A stretch of DNA of 64,000 bases. It comes from Octopus sinensis (taxonomy: Eukaryota). The stretch covers positions 20,274,001 to 20,338,000 of the forward strand of contig NC_043001.1 in assembly GCF_006345805.1 (NCBI RefSeq), in the 5' to 3' direction. Made by a program: the position numbers and the translations under genes. The notes below the pieces were generated by a model that had not been told where the DNA came from, ran no database searches, and worked only from the letters and a program-made list of their open reading frames with translations. Below are positions 1 to 12,650 of the stretch, piece by piece; positions within the stretch are counted from its first letter, which is position 1, and each line of letters starts with the position of its first letter.

Positions 1-236
1 TCAGAACATAGCAGCAGACGAAATACCTATTTCTTTACTACCAACAAGGGGCTAAACACAGAGAGGACAAAGAAGGACAGCCAAACCAGTGCGTAACTGG
101 TACTTATTTAATTGACCCCGAAAGGATGAAAGGCAAAGTCGACCTCGGTGGAATCTGAACTCAGAACGTAGTGGCAGATGAAATAGCACTATGCATTTCA
201 CCTGGTGTGCTAACGTTTCTGCCAGCTTGCCACCCT
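1..236 (-). mobile_element. SINE type A (tRNA-like head, MetaSINE-like core gcctttcatcctttcggggtcgat), partial dimer
   Basis: High-copy repeat within the window. Confidence 0.8.
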
Positions 237-794
237 ATACTGTCAAGTATATTAAAAGCTTTATAAGTCTATACTGTGTCCATCCGTGTTGGCAATGCTA
301 TTAAATCACTTTTTAAAATGATCTAACAAATTTTCTCCAGAAATTATACCCAACAATGATTTGTTGCAACATGTTGTATCCAAATGCATCTAGTATTTGT
401 GAAAAATAACACATTTATTGACATGAATGCTTTCATATTTACTTTCTGATTACGATTGATAAAAATGGATTTGAAGTATAATCTCGCATAGTAAAAGGTC
501 TAGGTACAGTGTAGTCATTATCAAACGTGTTATCTTGGACAGCTGTTGATGAACTACGTATTGTGGAAGTTGTAGCCGCAGATGTTCGTTATAACAACAG
601 AAATATGAACTTACTAAAAAAGGTCCCGTTGTTTCTTTAGTCTCAAACAACATATACTCTTAGAAGGAGTCAGTCAACGGAAGGAAAATATACAACATTC
701 TTTCAAGATTATCTCTGCTCAGTTAGGGATGTTTTGGGGTTAAGTAGCAACAACAATAACAACAACAACAACAACAACAACACTATAACAACAA

Positions 795-1042
795 CAACAC
801 TTTTATTCTTTTACTTGTTTCAGTCATTTGGCTGTGGCCATGCTGGAGCACTGCCTTTAATCGAGCAAATCTACCCCCCCCCCGGACTTATTCTTTGTAA
901 GCCTAGTACTTATTCTATCAGTCTCTCTTGCCGAACCGCTAAGCGACGGGGACGTAAACACATCAGAATCAGTTGTCAAGCAATGTTGGGGTGACAAACA
1001 CAGACACACAAACATATACACACACATATATATATATATATA

Positions 1043-1102
<60 letters not shown>

Positions 1103-1305
1103 ATATATCGGAGTGGTTGGCGTTAGGAAGGGCATCCAGCTGTAGAAACACTGCCACATCTGACTGGCCTGGTGCAGCCTTCGGGCTTCCCAGACCCCAG
1201 TTGAACCGTCCAACCCATGCTAGCATGGAAAGCGGACGTTAAACGATGATGATGATGATGATGATATATGTATAAATATATATATGTATATATATATATA
1301 TATAT

Positions 1306-1361
<56 letters not shown>

Positions 1362-1383
1362 CACACACACATATATATATATA

Positions 1384-1461
<78 letters not shown>

Positions 1462-1670
1462 TATATATATATACAAACATATATATATATACATATATAC
1501 GACGGTCTTCTTTCAGTTTCTGTCTACCAAACCCACTCACAAGGCTTTGGTCGGCCCAAGGCTGTAGTAGAAGACACTCGCCCAAGATGCCACGCAGTGG
1601 GACTGAACCTGGAACCATGTGGTTATTAAGCAAGCTACTTACCACACAGCCACTCCTACGCCTATATACA
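795..1670 (-). mobile_element. SINE type B (tRNA-like head, internal TA/TG microsatellite, gtaaaaga tail), split by a type C copy
   Basis: ggagtggctgtgtggtaag..ggttcagtcccactgc head; many copies in the window. Confidence 0.8.
1110..1263 (+). mobile_element. SINE type C (ggcgttaggaagggcatccagc...cccatgctagcatggaa...(GAT)n tail)
   Basis: High-copy, 5'-truncated retroposon with a (GAT)n tail. Confidence 0.8.
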
Positions 1671-2006
1671 CACGTAACTGGTAAACTACAAATTCTATGG
1701 AATTTTAACAGTTAACATGATGTAAAAAGTAAGATTTGGGACTTCATATTCATAGCGTGCAATGAAATAATAATAGTTACAATAGTCTCTAATTGAAGCA
1801 CAAGGCCAGCAATTTTGCATGTGAAATTAGTTGATTACATTGGCCGCAGTACTTGATGGGTTCTTTATTTCATCAATGCCTGTTGGAGATAAAAAAGGCA
1901 AAGCTGACTTTGGTGGCTTTTGAACTCAGAACATAAAAAACTGACACTCTGTTATGACAATGATGGATCAAGTTGATCTGATCAACAGAACATCCTGCTT
2001 GTGAAA

Positions 2007-2233
2007 TTAACCCTTTAGTATTTAAACTGGCCATATCCGGCTAAAATATTTAATCTGTTTTATGTTCGAACTGACCAGATCCAGGCCCTCACACCTACCC
2101 TACAATGTTATTCTACATTAAGTAATTACACCATCAAGATCTTGAAGATATGAGATAATGCATGATTAATTCAAATCAATGTGAATCAATAAGCATTATG
2201 TTTGATAGAATAATCTGAACACTAAAGGGTTAA
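2007..2233. mobile_element. TTAA-specific (piggyBac-type) MITE, family 1
   Basis: ttaa-ccctttagt...actaaaggg-ttaa; second copy at 19501. Confidence 0.8.
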
Positions 2234-2234
2234 T

Positions 2235-2660
2235 GTACACAGGGAGATCAAGACTAGTTGACCAGATGTTGTTATCAAAGACCACCGGAAAAATAAATAC
2301 TTCCTGATCAAGGTATTGGTTTGAATAGAAGACAATGTATCTCTAAAAGAAATAGTGAAATTATCCAAATATAAAGTTTTGGAAATTAAGATAGCTGAAA
2401 TGTGGAACCTGGAAGCAGTGACAATCCAACACTTTGGGAATGATGCAGACAAATGCATAACTTAAACTCTAGGAGTCAAGAATACACAGGGCATACCAAA
2501 AATAGCCCTTCTAGGCACTGAACACATATTACTTAGAACACTTCCAATAAAGTAAAAATTGCAAAACCATAACAAAACACTACATACACCCAAGGCACAC
2601 AGAGCTGTGCTCAGTAAGGCAGTGAAAGCACACAATAAAAATAAAATTACTGAATAATAA
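2235..2660 (+). mobile_element. R4/Dong-like 3' fragment ending in (AAT)n
   Basis: PDVVIKDH, LSKYKVLEI, KIALLGTEHIL; 3' UTR shared with the 61800 copy. Confidence 0.75.
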
Positions 2661-2711
2661 TAGTTTTTATTTAGGTACAAGGCTAGTAATTTTGAGAGGA
2701 TGAGGTTAATT

Positions 2712-2949
2712 AATACCTATTTCTTTGTTACCCACAAGGGGCTAAACACCGAGGGGACAAACAAGGACAGATATAGGTATTAAGTCGATTACATCGATCC
2801 CAGTGCGCAACTGGTACTTAATTTATCGACCTCGAAAGGATGAAAAGCGAAGTCAACCTCGGCGGAATTTGAACTCACAACGTAACGCAGATGAATTACC
2901 GCTAAGCATCTCGCCCGGCATGCTAACGTTTCTGCCAGCTCGCCACCTT
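2712..2949 (-). mobile_element. SINE type A
   Basis: Full monomer. Confidence 0.85.
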
Positions 2950-3639
2950 AATTAATACCATTATTCCTGATGTGATTGATTGGTACTTTATTTTAGCAAG
3001 CCCTGGAGAGTGAAAGACAATGTTGATTTTGGTAGGATTTGAACTTAGAACATAAAGTATTAGAAGAAATACTGCTTTTGAACTCAGAACATTAAAAACT
3101 GACGCTGTGTCAGTTATGACAATGAGGGATCCAGTTGATCCGATCAACAGAACAGCATGCTTGTGAAATTAATGTGCGAGTGGCTGAGTACTCCACAGAT
3201 ACACATACCATAATGTAGTTCTCACTGCAGGACACAGAATATGACCAGACTGGCCCTTTGAAATACCAGTACTACTCATTTTTTCCAGCTGAGTGAACTG
3301 GAGCAATGTGAAATAAAGTCTCTTGCTGAAGGACTCAGTGTGCCACTGGGTTTTGAACTCTCGATCTTACAATAGTGAGGTGAATACCTTAACCACTGAA
3401 TCACATGCCTTCACTCAAAACATTAAGAGATGGAAGAAATAATGCTTTAATGATTTTGCCAACCAAACGCCTTAGAAAATTATTATAACAAGGACACAAC
3501 GCTTAAGGGGAGGCGTCAGTACTTGCATGGAACATTGTCTTATCAACCCCATATGGTTGAAAGATAAAGTTAACCCCAGAGGGGCCTAAACTTAGAACAA
3601 ATATTCTTTTCTACTCTAGGCACAAGGCCCAAAATTTTG

Positions 3640-4048
3640 ATTAGATCGACCCCAGTATGCAACTGGTACTTAATTTATTGACCCCAAAAGGATGAAAGGC
3701 AAAGTCGACCTTGGTGGAATTTGAACTCAGAACATAACAACAGACAAAATACTGTTAAGCATTTTTCCTGGTGTGCTAACATTCCTGCCAGCTTGCTGCC
3801 TTAACCAGAACAAATATTTATTTCTTTAGTGCCCACAGGGGGCTAAATATAGAGGGGACAAACACGGACAGACAAAGGGATTAAGTCGATTACATCGACC
3901 CCAGTGTGTAACTGGTACTTATTTAATCGACCCCAAAAGGATGAAAGGCAAAGTCAACCTTGGTGGAGGTTGAACTCAGAACGTAACGGCAGACAAAATA
4001 TCACTAAGCATTTCGTGTGCTAACGTTTCTGCCAGCTCGCTGCCCCTA
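3640..4048 (-). mobile_element. SINE type A, two adjacent copies
   Basis: Similar to other copies. Confidence 0.8.
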
Positions 4049-4284
4049 ACCAGAACAAATATTGTAAAACTAATGACTCTGTCATCAACTATTGCCTTCT
4101 CTTTTAATACTTACGATGATGATAATGCTGATAATGATTCCCTTAACCAATATTTGTGAGGATTGTAATTACTAAGATTAATACTCTCAGAATTAATAAT
4201 TATGATGATATAATTACCATAATGATAATAAATACCACTATGGTTATTATCCTCATTATCGTAATAATAATGATAATTATAATA

Positions 4285-4598
4285 TTATTGTTGTTGTTTG
4301 TTCCTTCTTGAGCCAAGCCTGGCTCATAAGGGCTGGTTTCCCAGTTTCCTTGGTGTATAGGTTCCCTACATGGATGGGACGCCGGTCCATCACAGGTGAG
4401 CTGCAAGATGTAGAAGGAAAGAGTGAGAGAAAGAGTGTGGTGAAAGAGCCAGCAGAAGTTCACCATTACCTTCTGCCTGAGCCACATGGAGCTTAGGTGT
4501 TTCGCTCATAAACACACACATCACCCGGTCTGAGATTCGAACCCACGATCCCTCGACCGCGAGTCCACTGCTCTAACCACTAGGCCATATGCCTCCAC
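4285..4598 (-). mobile_element. tRNA-headed SINE with a V-domain-like core
   Basis: tggcctagtggttagagc..ggttcgaatctc head; gatggaccggcgtcccatcc core; second copy at 41105. Confidence 0.75.
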
Positions 4599-6691
4599 GA
4601 TAATTATAATTACTGAGATATTATTGATTTCCAACATTGGTATAAGGTCACGAAATTAATATATTTTACATCACGACCCCCGCCCAGACCCCAGACCCCC
4701 CTGTTAGATCTTTGAAATCCTCTAATTTAGTAACTATCACATGTTGATGTCAAGATTAGGTTGCCCATAAACTCCCAAAGGTATTTGCTTGGTTCATTAC
4801 GAGTTAATGAACACATATATCTATCAGCAACATCATCATCTTCATTGTTGTCATCGCCCCTCTTGTCTTCCTCTTCCTCATCATCATTACCATCAGTATC
4901 ATAGTTTTCCTCATGACCACTACCATCATCATCATTATCACAATCATCATATTGTTGTCGTCCCCGTCCTCCTCCACCTCATCATCATCATAATCATCAT
5001 CATCATCCATTTCTCATATTCGCATGGGCTGGACAGTTTAGTCATTGTCCAGAGTCGGTGCTCATTCACAGTTTCTGTCCCCTCTTCTAAGAAGGAGTCG
5101 GTAACCCATGTCTTGTTCCTACGTTTCATTTTTGGTTTATTTTCGGAGTCTAGACTACCTTTTCTATCACCAGTCACTTTATAGCATGTATTGTGTGTAT
5201 TTAATCGAGACACTAGCGCTAGCGAGGTTGTCAAGTCCTCTTGACCCTCTATCAGACCTGATCAATCAGATTTATGACTAAAGACATCCCAGGATGCGAT
5301 TTGAGGAAGATTGGTTGCTATTTCTAGCTGGTCAAGCGATCATGTGGAGGTTACCTCATTGAACTAATCCACGTTGGCAAAATGTTTTCTAAACATAATC
5401 CTAGTACTTGAATCCTTCCTTGTCTTAATTTTGTGGACTCCATTATAGTAGTTTGTGTTTCAGTAGCTGGCAACACAATATCATAATCTAACGTTTACGT
5501 ATTTTATGGTCTCTGTTTTTATTTGTAGTCACTAAGCTTTCGTTGTGACTTGCTGTTTAGTACCGATAAACCTTTATTATCTTTGTGAGCGAAATCAGGC
5601 CGTCGCTTCCCTAGCAACTTAAGAATTACTTGGTTCCTAAGCAGCAAATAAATTCATGCTACTCGATCCAACTTTAGTACAGTAGTATGGTATACATATT
5701 GGTACTCTCTCCCACCCTCATCACGCTATTTAGTGTACTAGAGACGTTATCTCAATCTATTTTGTTCCTTGGTAGATCTTGAATATTTTCAATTCTGTGT
5801 TGCCAAGGACCGAGAGTTGTCTCCCTTGCGCAATTTGGCCAGCTTGCAGAATCGTTAGCATGCCCAACAAAATGCATATCGGCTTTACGTTCTGAGTTCA
5901 AATTCTATCGAAGTCGACTTTGCCTTTCGTTTTTTCGGAATCGTTAAAATAAGTACTAGTTGAGCACAAAGGTCGATGTGATGTAATCGACAGGTCCCCT
6001 TTCCATAAAAGTTCAAGCCTTGTGTCTATAGTAGGAAAAAAAATCTGTGCTGGTATCCACATTCTAATTTGATAGAATTGTTGATAAAACGTCGCTGACT
6101 CTGCTAGAAATAACAACCAGTTCTCCCTTAATTACACACTTTTGTTTAATAAAGTGTGAAATATAATGAATAATGTAATCTTAGATACAGTGGACAAAAA
6201 CATAGTATGATCTTAGCAGAATCCCAATTGTTCGTTAGTCAGGGTGTTCATTAGTGAAATGGGGTTAAATAACATTAACAAACGTCTACTGTAATTTTTC
6301 TCTATAAATACGCAACACACCTGAACTTTTAAAACTGAGTGTTCATCCTCCAATGTTTAATTGTTACGATCGGCCAAGACTTCATTGCATATATTATTTG
6401 TAGAGATTTGGAATTAGTTTCTGAGTTGAAAATTCATTCCAATAATGAGAGCTGACCTGGGACTTATATCACAACAATTAACATTAAACCAATCAACCAA
6501 CCAACCAGCCAGCAAGCCAACCAGCCAGTCAGACAGCTAACCAAGTTAAATGAGTGTGAGACTCCACCAAAGAAATCCTCTTAATTTGCTAGAACTGGCA
6601 GCTAAATTTCTTCAGCTGTGTGGTTAAGAAGCTCACTGTGCTGATGTACAGTTTCCAATTCAATTCCATTGTACAACACCTTTGCTAATTT

Positions 6692-7101
6692 TGGACAAGC
6701 TGGCAGAAACGTTAGCACACCAGGCGAAATGCTTAGAGGTATTTCGTCTGCTGCTACGTTCTGAGTTCAAATTCCGCCGAGGTTGACTTAGCCTTTCATC
6801 CTTTCGGGGTTGATTAAATAAGTACCACTTATGCACTTTGGTCGATGTAATCGACTTAATTCCTTTGTCTGTCCTTGTTTGTCCCCTCTATATTTATCCA
6901 CTTGTGGGTAGTAAAGAAATAGGTATTTTGTCTGCTGCTACGTTCTGAGTTCAAATTCTGCCAAGGTCGACTTAGCCTTTCATCCTTTCGGGGTTGATTA
7001 AATAAGTACCAGTTATGCATTGGGGTCGATGTAATCGACTTAATCCCTTTGTCTGTCCTTGTTTGTCCCCTCTGTGTTTAGCCACCTGTGGGCAATAAAG
7101 A
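6692..7101 (+). mobile_element. SINE type A dimer
   Basis: Second unit starts at aaataggtattttgtc. Confidence 0.85.
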
Positions 7102-7214
7102 ATTTAATTCTGTCATAATGTTGGCTGAACTCAACTTTTGCGAGTGAAATTTGAGGGGAAGAAACTGTGGATGTTCACAGAAGGGGTATATTTCCTCAGA
7201 GAATATATAACGTA

Positions 7215-7296
<82 letters not shown>

Positions 7297-7301
<5 letters not shown>

Positions 7302-7648
7302 TCAATATAGGGTGGCAAAAAAATTTTGTAGAATTTTTTTGCCACCAGCGGCCTAGTGGGAAAAAATTAAATAGTCATAGACCATTTTAAGTTCAACATC
7401 ACAATCAAGGAACGGCCATAATAGGCCATTCACCCACTAGAAATAACAGCCAAAGCTTCAACCGCAAATAAAAATCATTCCGTAAACCAGGAGAAAATTA
7501 AAAAACATTTACCCTGTAATTTCTTATACGATGCACCGTTTCATCTACTGTTTAATGTAAACTAACCTGATTAAATTAAATCAGCCAATCTTCCATAGGC
7601 CCTTAGATTCATCAGTAAGAAATAGCCAAGTCGGAGCAGATATTTTCA
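7297..7648. mobile_element. Penelope-like non-autonomous repeat between (TA)n and (TACA)n tracts
   Basis: Similar to 20312-20600 (aatcaatat..gggt..aaaaat..ccaccagcgg); carries the hammerhead. Confidence 0.6.
7519..7623 (-). ncRNA. Type I hammerhead ribozyme inside a Penelope-like non-autonomous repeat
   Basis: Minus strand reads atttctta CTGATGA atcta[loop]tagat GAAA cgg-tgca-tcg TA taagaaat. Stem I 8 bp, stem II 5 bp, stem III with palindromic UGCA loop, GUA cleavage triplet. Confidence 0.8.
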
Positions 7649-7897
7649 CGAGGCATTTCCGACCCTGTATATATATATACATACATACATACATACATAC
7701 ATACATACATACATACATACATACACACACACATACATACATACATACATACATACATACAAACAAACAAGAATATCCTGTTGTTGATGTTGAAATTCCA
7801 ATGAAGGAAACTTGGATACATACACACAGACATACACATACACACACATCTTTGTCTTTTGTTTTTTTGTAAATTCTCACTATATATGTATATACAT

Positions 7898-7948
<51 letters not shown>

Positions 7949-8258
7949 TGTGTGTATGCGAAGTTAGGGTATTGGCTCATGATCGTAAGGTATTGAGTTC
8001 AAATCCCAGCAACATGTGTCCTTGAGCAAGACTCTTTATTTCATGTAGCTCCATTTCACTCAGCTGGCAAAAATGAGTAGTACCTGTATTTCAAAGGGCC
8101 AGTCTTGTCACATTCTTTGTCACACCGAACTGTGTTGAGGGTACAAAGGTTTGTGGAGTACTCGGCCACTCGCACATTAACTTCACAAGCTGGCTGTTCC
8201 GTTAATCGGATCACCTGGAACTCTAATAATTGTAACTGACAGAGTGCCAGTTATATGT

Positions 8259-8472
8259 ACTCTTTTACTCTTTTACTTGTTTCAGTCATTTGACTGCGGC
8301 CATGCTGGAGCACCACCTTTAGTCGAGCAAATCGACCCCAGGACTTATTCTTTGTAAGCCCAGTACTTATTCTATCGGTCTCTTTTTGCCGAACTGCTAA
8401 GTGACAGGGACGTAAACACACCAGCATCGGTTGTCAAGCGATGGTGGGGGTACAAACACAGACACACAGACG

Positions 8473-8509
<37 letters not shown>

Positions 8510-8590
8510 ATATATACACACACACACATATAAATATGTATGAGTGTGACGTGTGTGTGTATATGTGTGTGTAGTCATACACACACACAC

Positions 8591-8600
<10 letters not shown>
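8259..8600 (-). mobile_element. SINE type B, 3' half
   Basis: Similar to other copies. Confidence 0.75.
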
Positions 8601-8628
<28 letters not shown>

Positions 8629-9197
8629 CATATCAAGATACTTTAGAAATATAATAAAAAATTATATAAACTGAAAATTTCTGGAATGGCTTTCATCATA
8701 GATTTGCTTAATCAGACCTGACCTGATGTTAAATAAAATAAAAACAACAAAAAAAAAAAAAAACAAAACAAAACAATGCAAACACCAAAAGTTTCAAGTT
8801 CAATGAGTTATGTGGTTGCTGAGCCAACTAGAAGTAGCAGCCAAAATCTCCCGATACAAGCAGAGCTGATCTGGGATTAAATAATAAAAGCAAGAAATTA
8901 ATAAATTTTCAATAAATTCTAAATTGAAAGAGAACATAGATACAACCACAAAAGCAGCAACAATAAAACTTATTTTATATATTTTCTGGCAATGAATACC
9001 TAATTGTTATGATACAATAGAATGCAATACAAATATGTTTCTTTATGCTTCTATATTAGCCACACAGGTCTGAACACAGAGGGGACAAATTACAAAGTAG
9101 AGCTATTCTTTTTGGGGAGAGAAAAAAGGGATTGTAAAAAAAAGACGATCAATAGGTATCCTATTTCACAGAAATGTCATGATGTAAAGTGTAAAAA

Positions 9198-9226
9198 TAG
9201 ATAGATAGATAGATAGATAGATAGAC

Positions 9227-9276
<50 letters not shown>

Positions 9277-9277
9277 T

Positions 9278-9333
<56 letters not shown>

Positions 9334-9353
9334 CAGATAGGTAGATAGATAGC

Positions 9354-9399
<46 letters not shown>

Positions 9400-9515
9400 T
9401 GTCTCTTTATTAGCCACACAGGGCTGCACACAGACAGGAAAAATTACAAGGTAGAGCTTTTCTTTTGGGGGTAAAAAAAGGGGGTTTGATTTTCGATCAA
9501 AAGGGATCGTAAAGG

Positions 9516-9568
<53 letters not shown>

Positions 9569-9610
9569 GCAGACAGATAGGTAGATAGATAGACATATAA
9601 ATAGACAGAC
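9198..9610. repeat. (AGAT)n microsatellite blocks
   Basis: Seen directly. Confidence 0.95.
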
Positions 9611-10153
9611 ATATATATGCTGTGTGTGTGTGTGAGTTAAGTAGAAAGAGAAATTTATTTAACATACAAACACCTGTATATTAAGTGAATCTCTTTCTTT
9701 CTCACTCTCTCTCTCTCTCTTTCTCTTCTCACATACACACACATTCACACACATACACATATGTTCATACATACAAACATACATGCATGTATCTGAATGA
9801 ATCAACCCTAGTACTTTTGTTGTTGTTGTTGTTGTTTTTGTTGTTAAGCTTGGCACTTATTCTATCGGATCTCTTTTGCCAAACTGCTAAGTTACAGCGA
9901 CGTTAATACATCAACGCTGGTTGCCAAGTAGTGGCAGGGGACAAGCGCAGCCACAAAGACAACACCCACATGCACACATACCCCACCCGCCCACTTATTT
10001 TTACGAGAAGCTTCTTTGCTTCTTTTCCGTTTCCATCTTCCAAATTCACTCACAAGGCTGAAACTACAGTAGAAGACAGTGGGACTGAACCTAGAACCAT
10101 GTGGCTGGGTAGCAAGCTTCTTACCACACAGCCATACCTGTGCCTATACATAT

Positions 10154-10570
10154 ACATTTCTTTACTACCCACAAGGGGCTAAACACAGAGGGGACAAACA
10201 AGGACAGACAAACGGATTAAGTCGAATATATCGACCCCAGTGTGTAACTGGTACTTTATTTATCGACCCCGAAAGGATTAAAGGCAAAGTTGACCTCACC
10301 AGAATTTGAACTCAGAACGTAGGGGCAGACGAAATACCTATTTCTTTACTACCCACAAGGGGCTAAATATAGCGGGGACAAACAAGGACAGACAAAGGGA
10401 TTCAGTTGATTACATCGACCCCAGTGCGAAACTGGTACTTTATTTATCAACCTCGAAAGGATGAAAGGCAAAGTTGACCTCGGCGGAATTTGAACCCAGA
10501 ACGTAACGACAGACAAAATACCTCTAAGCATTTCGCTCGGCTTGCTAAAGTTTCTGCCAGCTCGCCGCCT
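10154..10570 (-). mobile_element. SINE type A dimer
   Basis: Same dimer junction. Confidence 0.85.
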
Positions 10571-11158
10571 TTGTGCCTATACATATACACATACACACAA
10601 ATATACATGCATACATACAATATGTACATGAATATAGGGGATAAATACGACATATTTATCCAAAAAAATAGTTAAATATTACTTACTGGGCAGTTTAAGT
10701 TCTTAACAGACTTTTGGTTAGTGTATAAAGTGCATACGATAAGAGGCTTTGAAGAAATAAAATATATCGTAACCATCAACAACAATATGTATGTCATCCT
10801 GGCAAGAAGTATGCCTAAGTGACTGTAGTTGTAGATCTTAGTTGAAATCTATAATTTCTTCTTATCTATATCTATATAGTCAGCTTATCTTGTAAAAAGT
10901 TAGTTACACTGGGAAATAATCACAAGTAAATTGTAAAGAAAAGAAAAAGAAAAAGAAAAAAGAAGAAATACATGAATGAAAATATATAAATATATAAATC
11001 AGAAACTGATCAACAAAAACCTATTGGCTGCTACACATATCACAAATATTGACATTTTCTGTCCTGACATGATTTGCCAGAATATATTATAGACTTTAAT
11101 GACTAATGTCTATCAAAAGAGACCAGAAAAACATCATTCAATTCTAAACGTAAAAATA

Positions 11159-11204
<46 letters not shown>

Positions 11205-11299
11205 GTTCTTTTATTTGCCACCAGGGTGAAGGATGAAGGGGACAATACAAACACAGACGTAAATTTTCGGGGTTTATATATAATGGAAAGATTTTCAAA

Positions 11300-11538
11300 A
11301 TGAGCGAGGTCATTGCCAGTACTGCCTGACTGGCCCCCCCATGCCGGTGGCACGTAAAAAAGCACCCACTACACTCTCGGAGTGATTGGCGTTTAGGAAG
11401 GGCATCCAGCTGTAGAAACTCTGCCAGATCAAGACTGGAGCCTGGTGCAGCCATCTGGTTCGCCAGCCCTCAGTCAAAATCGTCCAACCCATGCTAGCAT
11501 GGAAAGCGGACGTTAAACGATGATGATGATGATGATGA
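11300..11538 (+). mobile_element. SINE type C
   Basis: Similar to other copies. Confidence 0.8.
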
Positions 11539-11666
11539 TACATTAAAAGAAGTTAAGTACATTGTATATGGCACTAAGAAAAAAAAAAAAGGAATAGTGA
11601 TGGGGCCCTCCTGATACCGTAGGGATGATCAAGGAAGCCCACCATCCAAGATCACCCTGAATACCA

Positions 11667-11888
11667 CTCTTTTACTCTTTTACTTGTTTCAGTCATTTGA
11701 CTGCGGCCATGCTGGAGCACCGCCTTTAATCGAGCGACTCGACCCCGGGACTTATTCTTTTGTAAGCCCAGTACTTATTCTATCGGTCTCTTTTGCTGAA
11801 CCGCTAAGTTACGGGGACATAAACACACCAGCATCGGTTGTCAAGCAATGCTAGGGGGACAAACACACTCACACAAACACGCACATGC

Positions 11889-11924
<36 letters not shown>

Positions 11925-12089
11925 CGATGGGCTTCTTTCAGTTTCCGTCTACCAATCCACTCACAAGGCTTTGGTCGGCCCGAGGCTATAGTAGAAGACA
12001 CTTGCCCAAGGTGCCACGCAGTGGGACTGAACCCAGAACCATGTGGCTGGTAAACAAGCTACTTACCACACAGCCACTCCTGCGCCTAT
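11667..12089 (-). mobile_element. SINE type B
   Basis: Full copy. Confidence 0.85.
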
Positions 12090-12342
12090 GACAAGTACCC
12101 ATTCCAACTCTTTTCCTCTGACTCACAGATCTATACTGAGAGTGGTACCATTCACTCTTACCATTTTCGCAACTTTCACCTTTTCATAAATTCACTTGAG
12201 GACAGCATCTTCCTCTCCAGCCTCACTTTTCTTTCCAAGTGAAACTTGAAAGTCAACTGGTACTTAAGTTAACTGGTACTTAATTTATCAACCCTGAACC
12301 CTGAAAGGATGAAAGGTAAAGCTGGCCTTGGTAGAATTTAAA

Positions 12343-12367
12343 TAATGATAATAATAATAATAATAAC

Positions 12368-12446
<79 letters not shown>

Positions 12447-12583
12447 ACGCAGATAGAGAAATTAAGGCCAATAGGCCAGATATAGTTGTCAGAGATCATG
12501 AAGAAAAAAATGCTTTCTAATTGATGTATCAATACCAGCAGATGACAACGTGTCTCTAAAAGAAATTTTCATTTCATTTTACT

Positions 12584-12637
<54 letters not shown>

Positions 12638-12650
12638 CAGCAGCAGCAGC
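12343..12650. repeat. (AAT)n and (AGT)n/(AGC)n microsatellites
   Basis: Seen directly. Confidence 0.95.
12443..12566 (+). mobile_element. R4/Dong endonuclease fragment after an (AAT)n tract
   Basis: IHADREIKANRPDIVVRDHEE..LIDVSIPADDNVSLKE (PD..D motif). Confidence 0.75.

Noticed and set aside
734-1715. ORF-track proteins rich in YI, HT, CV or poly-N/I/H/D (here and throughout)
   Set aside because: These are translations of microsatellites and SINEs.
4561-4598. SINE heads as functional tRNA genes
   Set aside because: tRNA-like A/B boxes run into SINE bodies and lack a complete cloverleaf.
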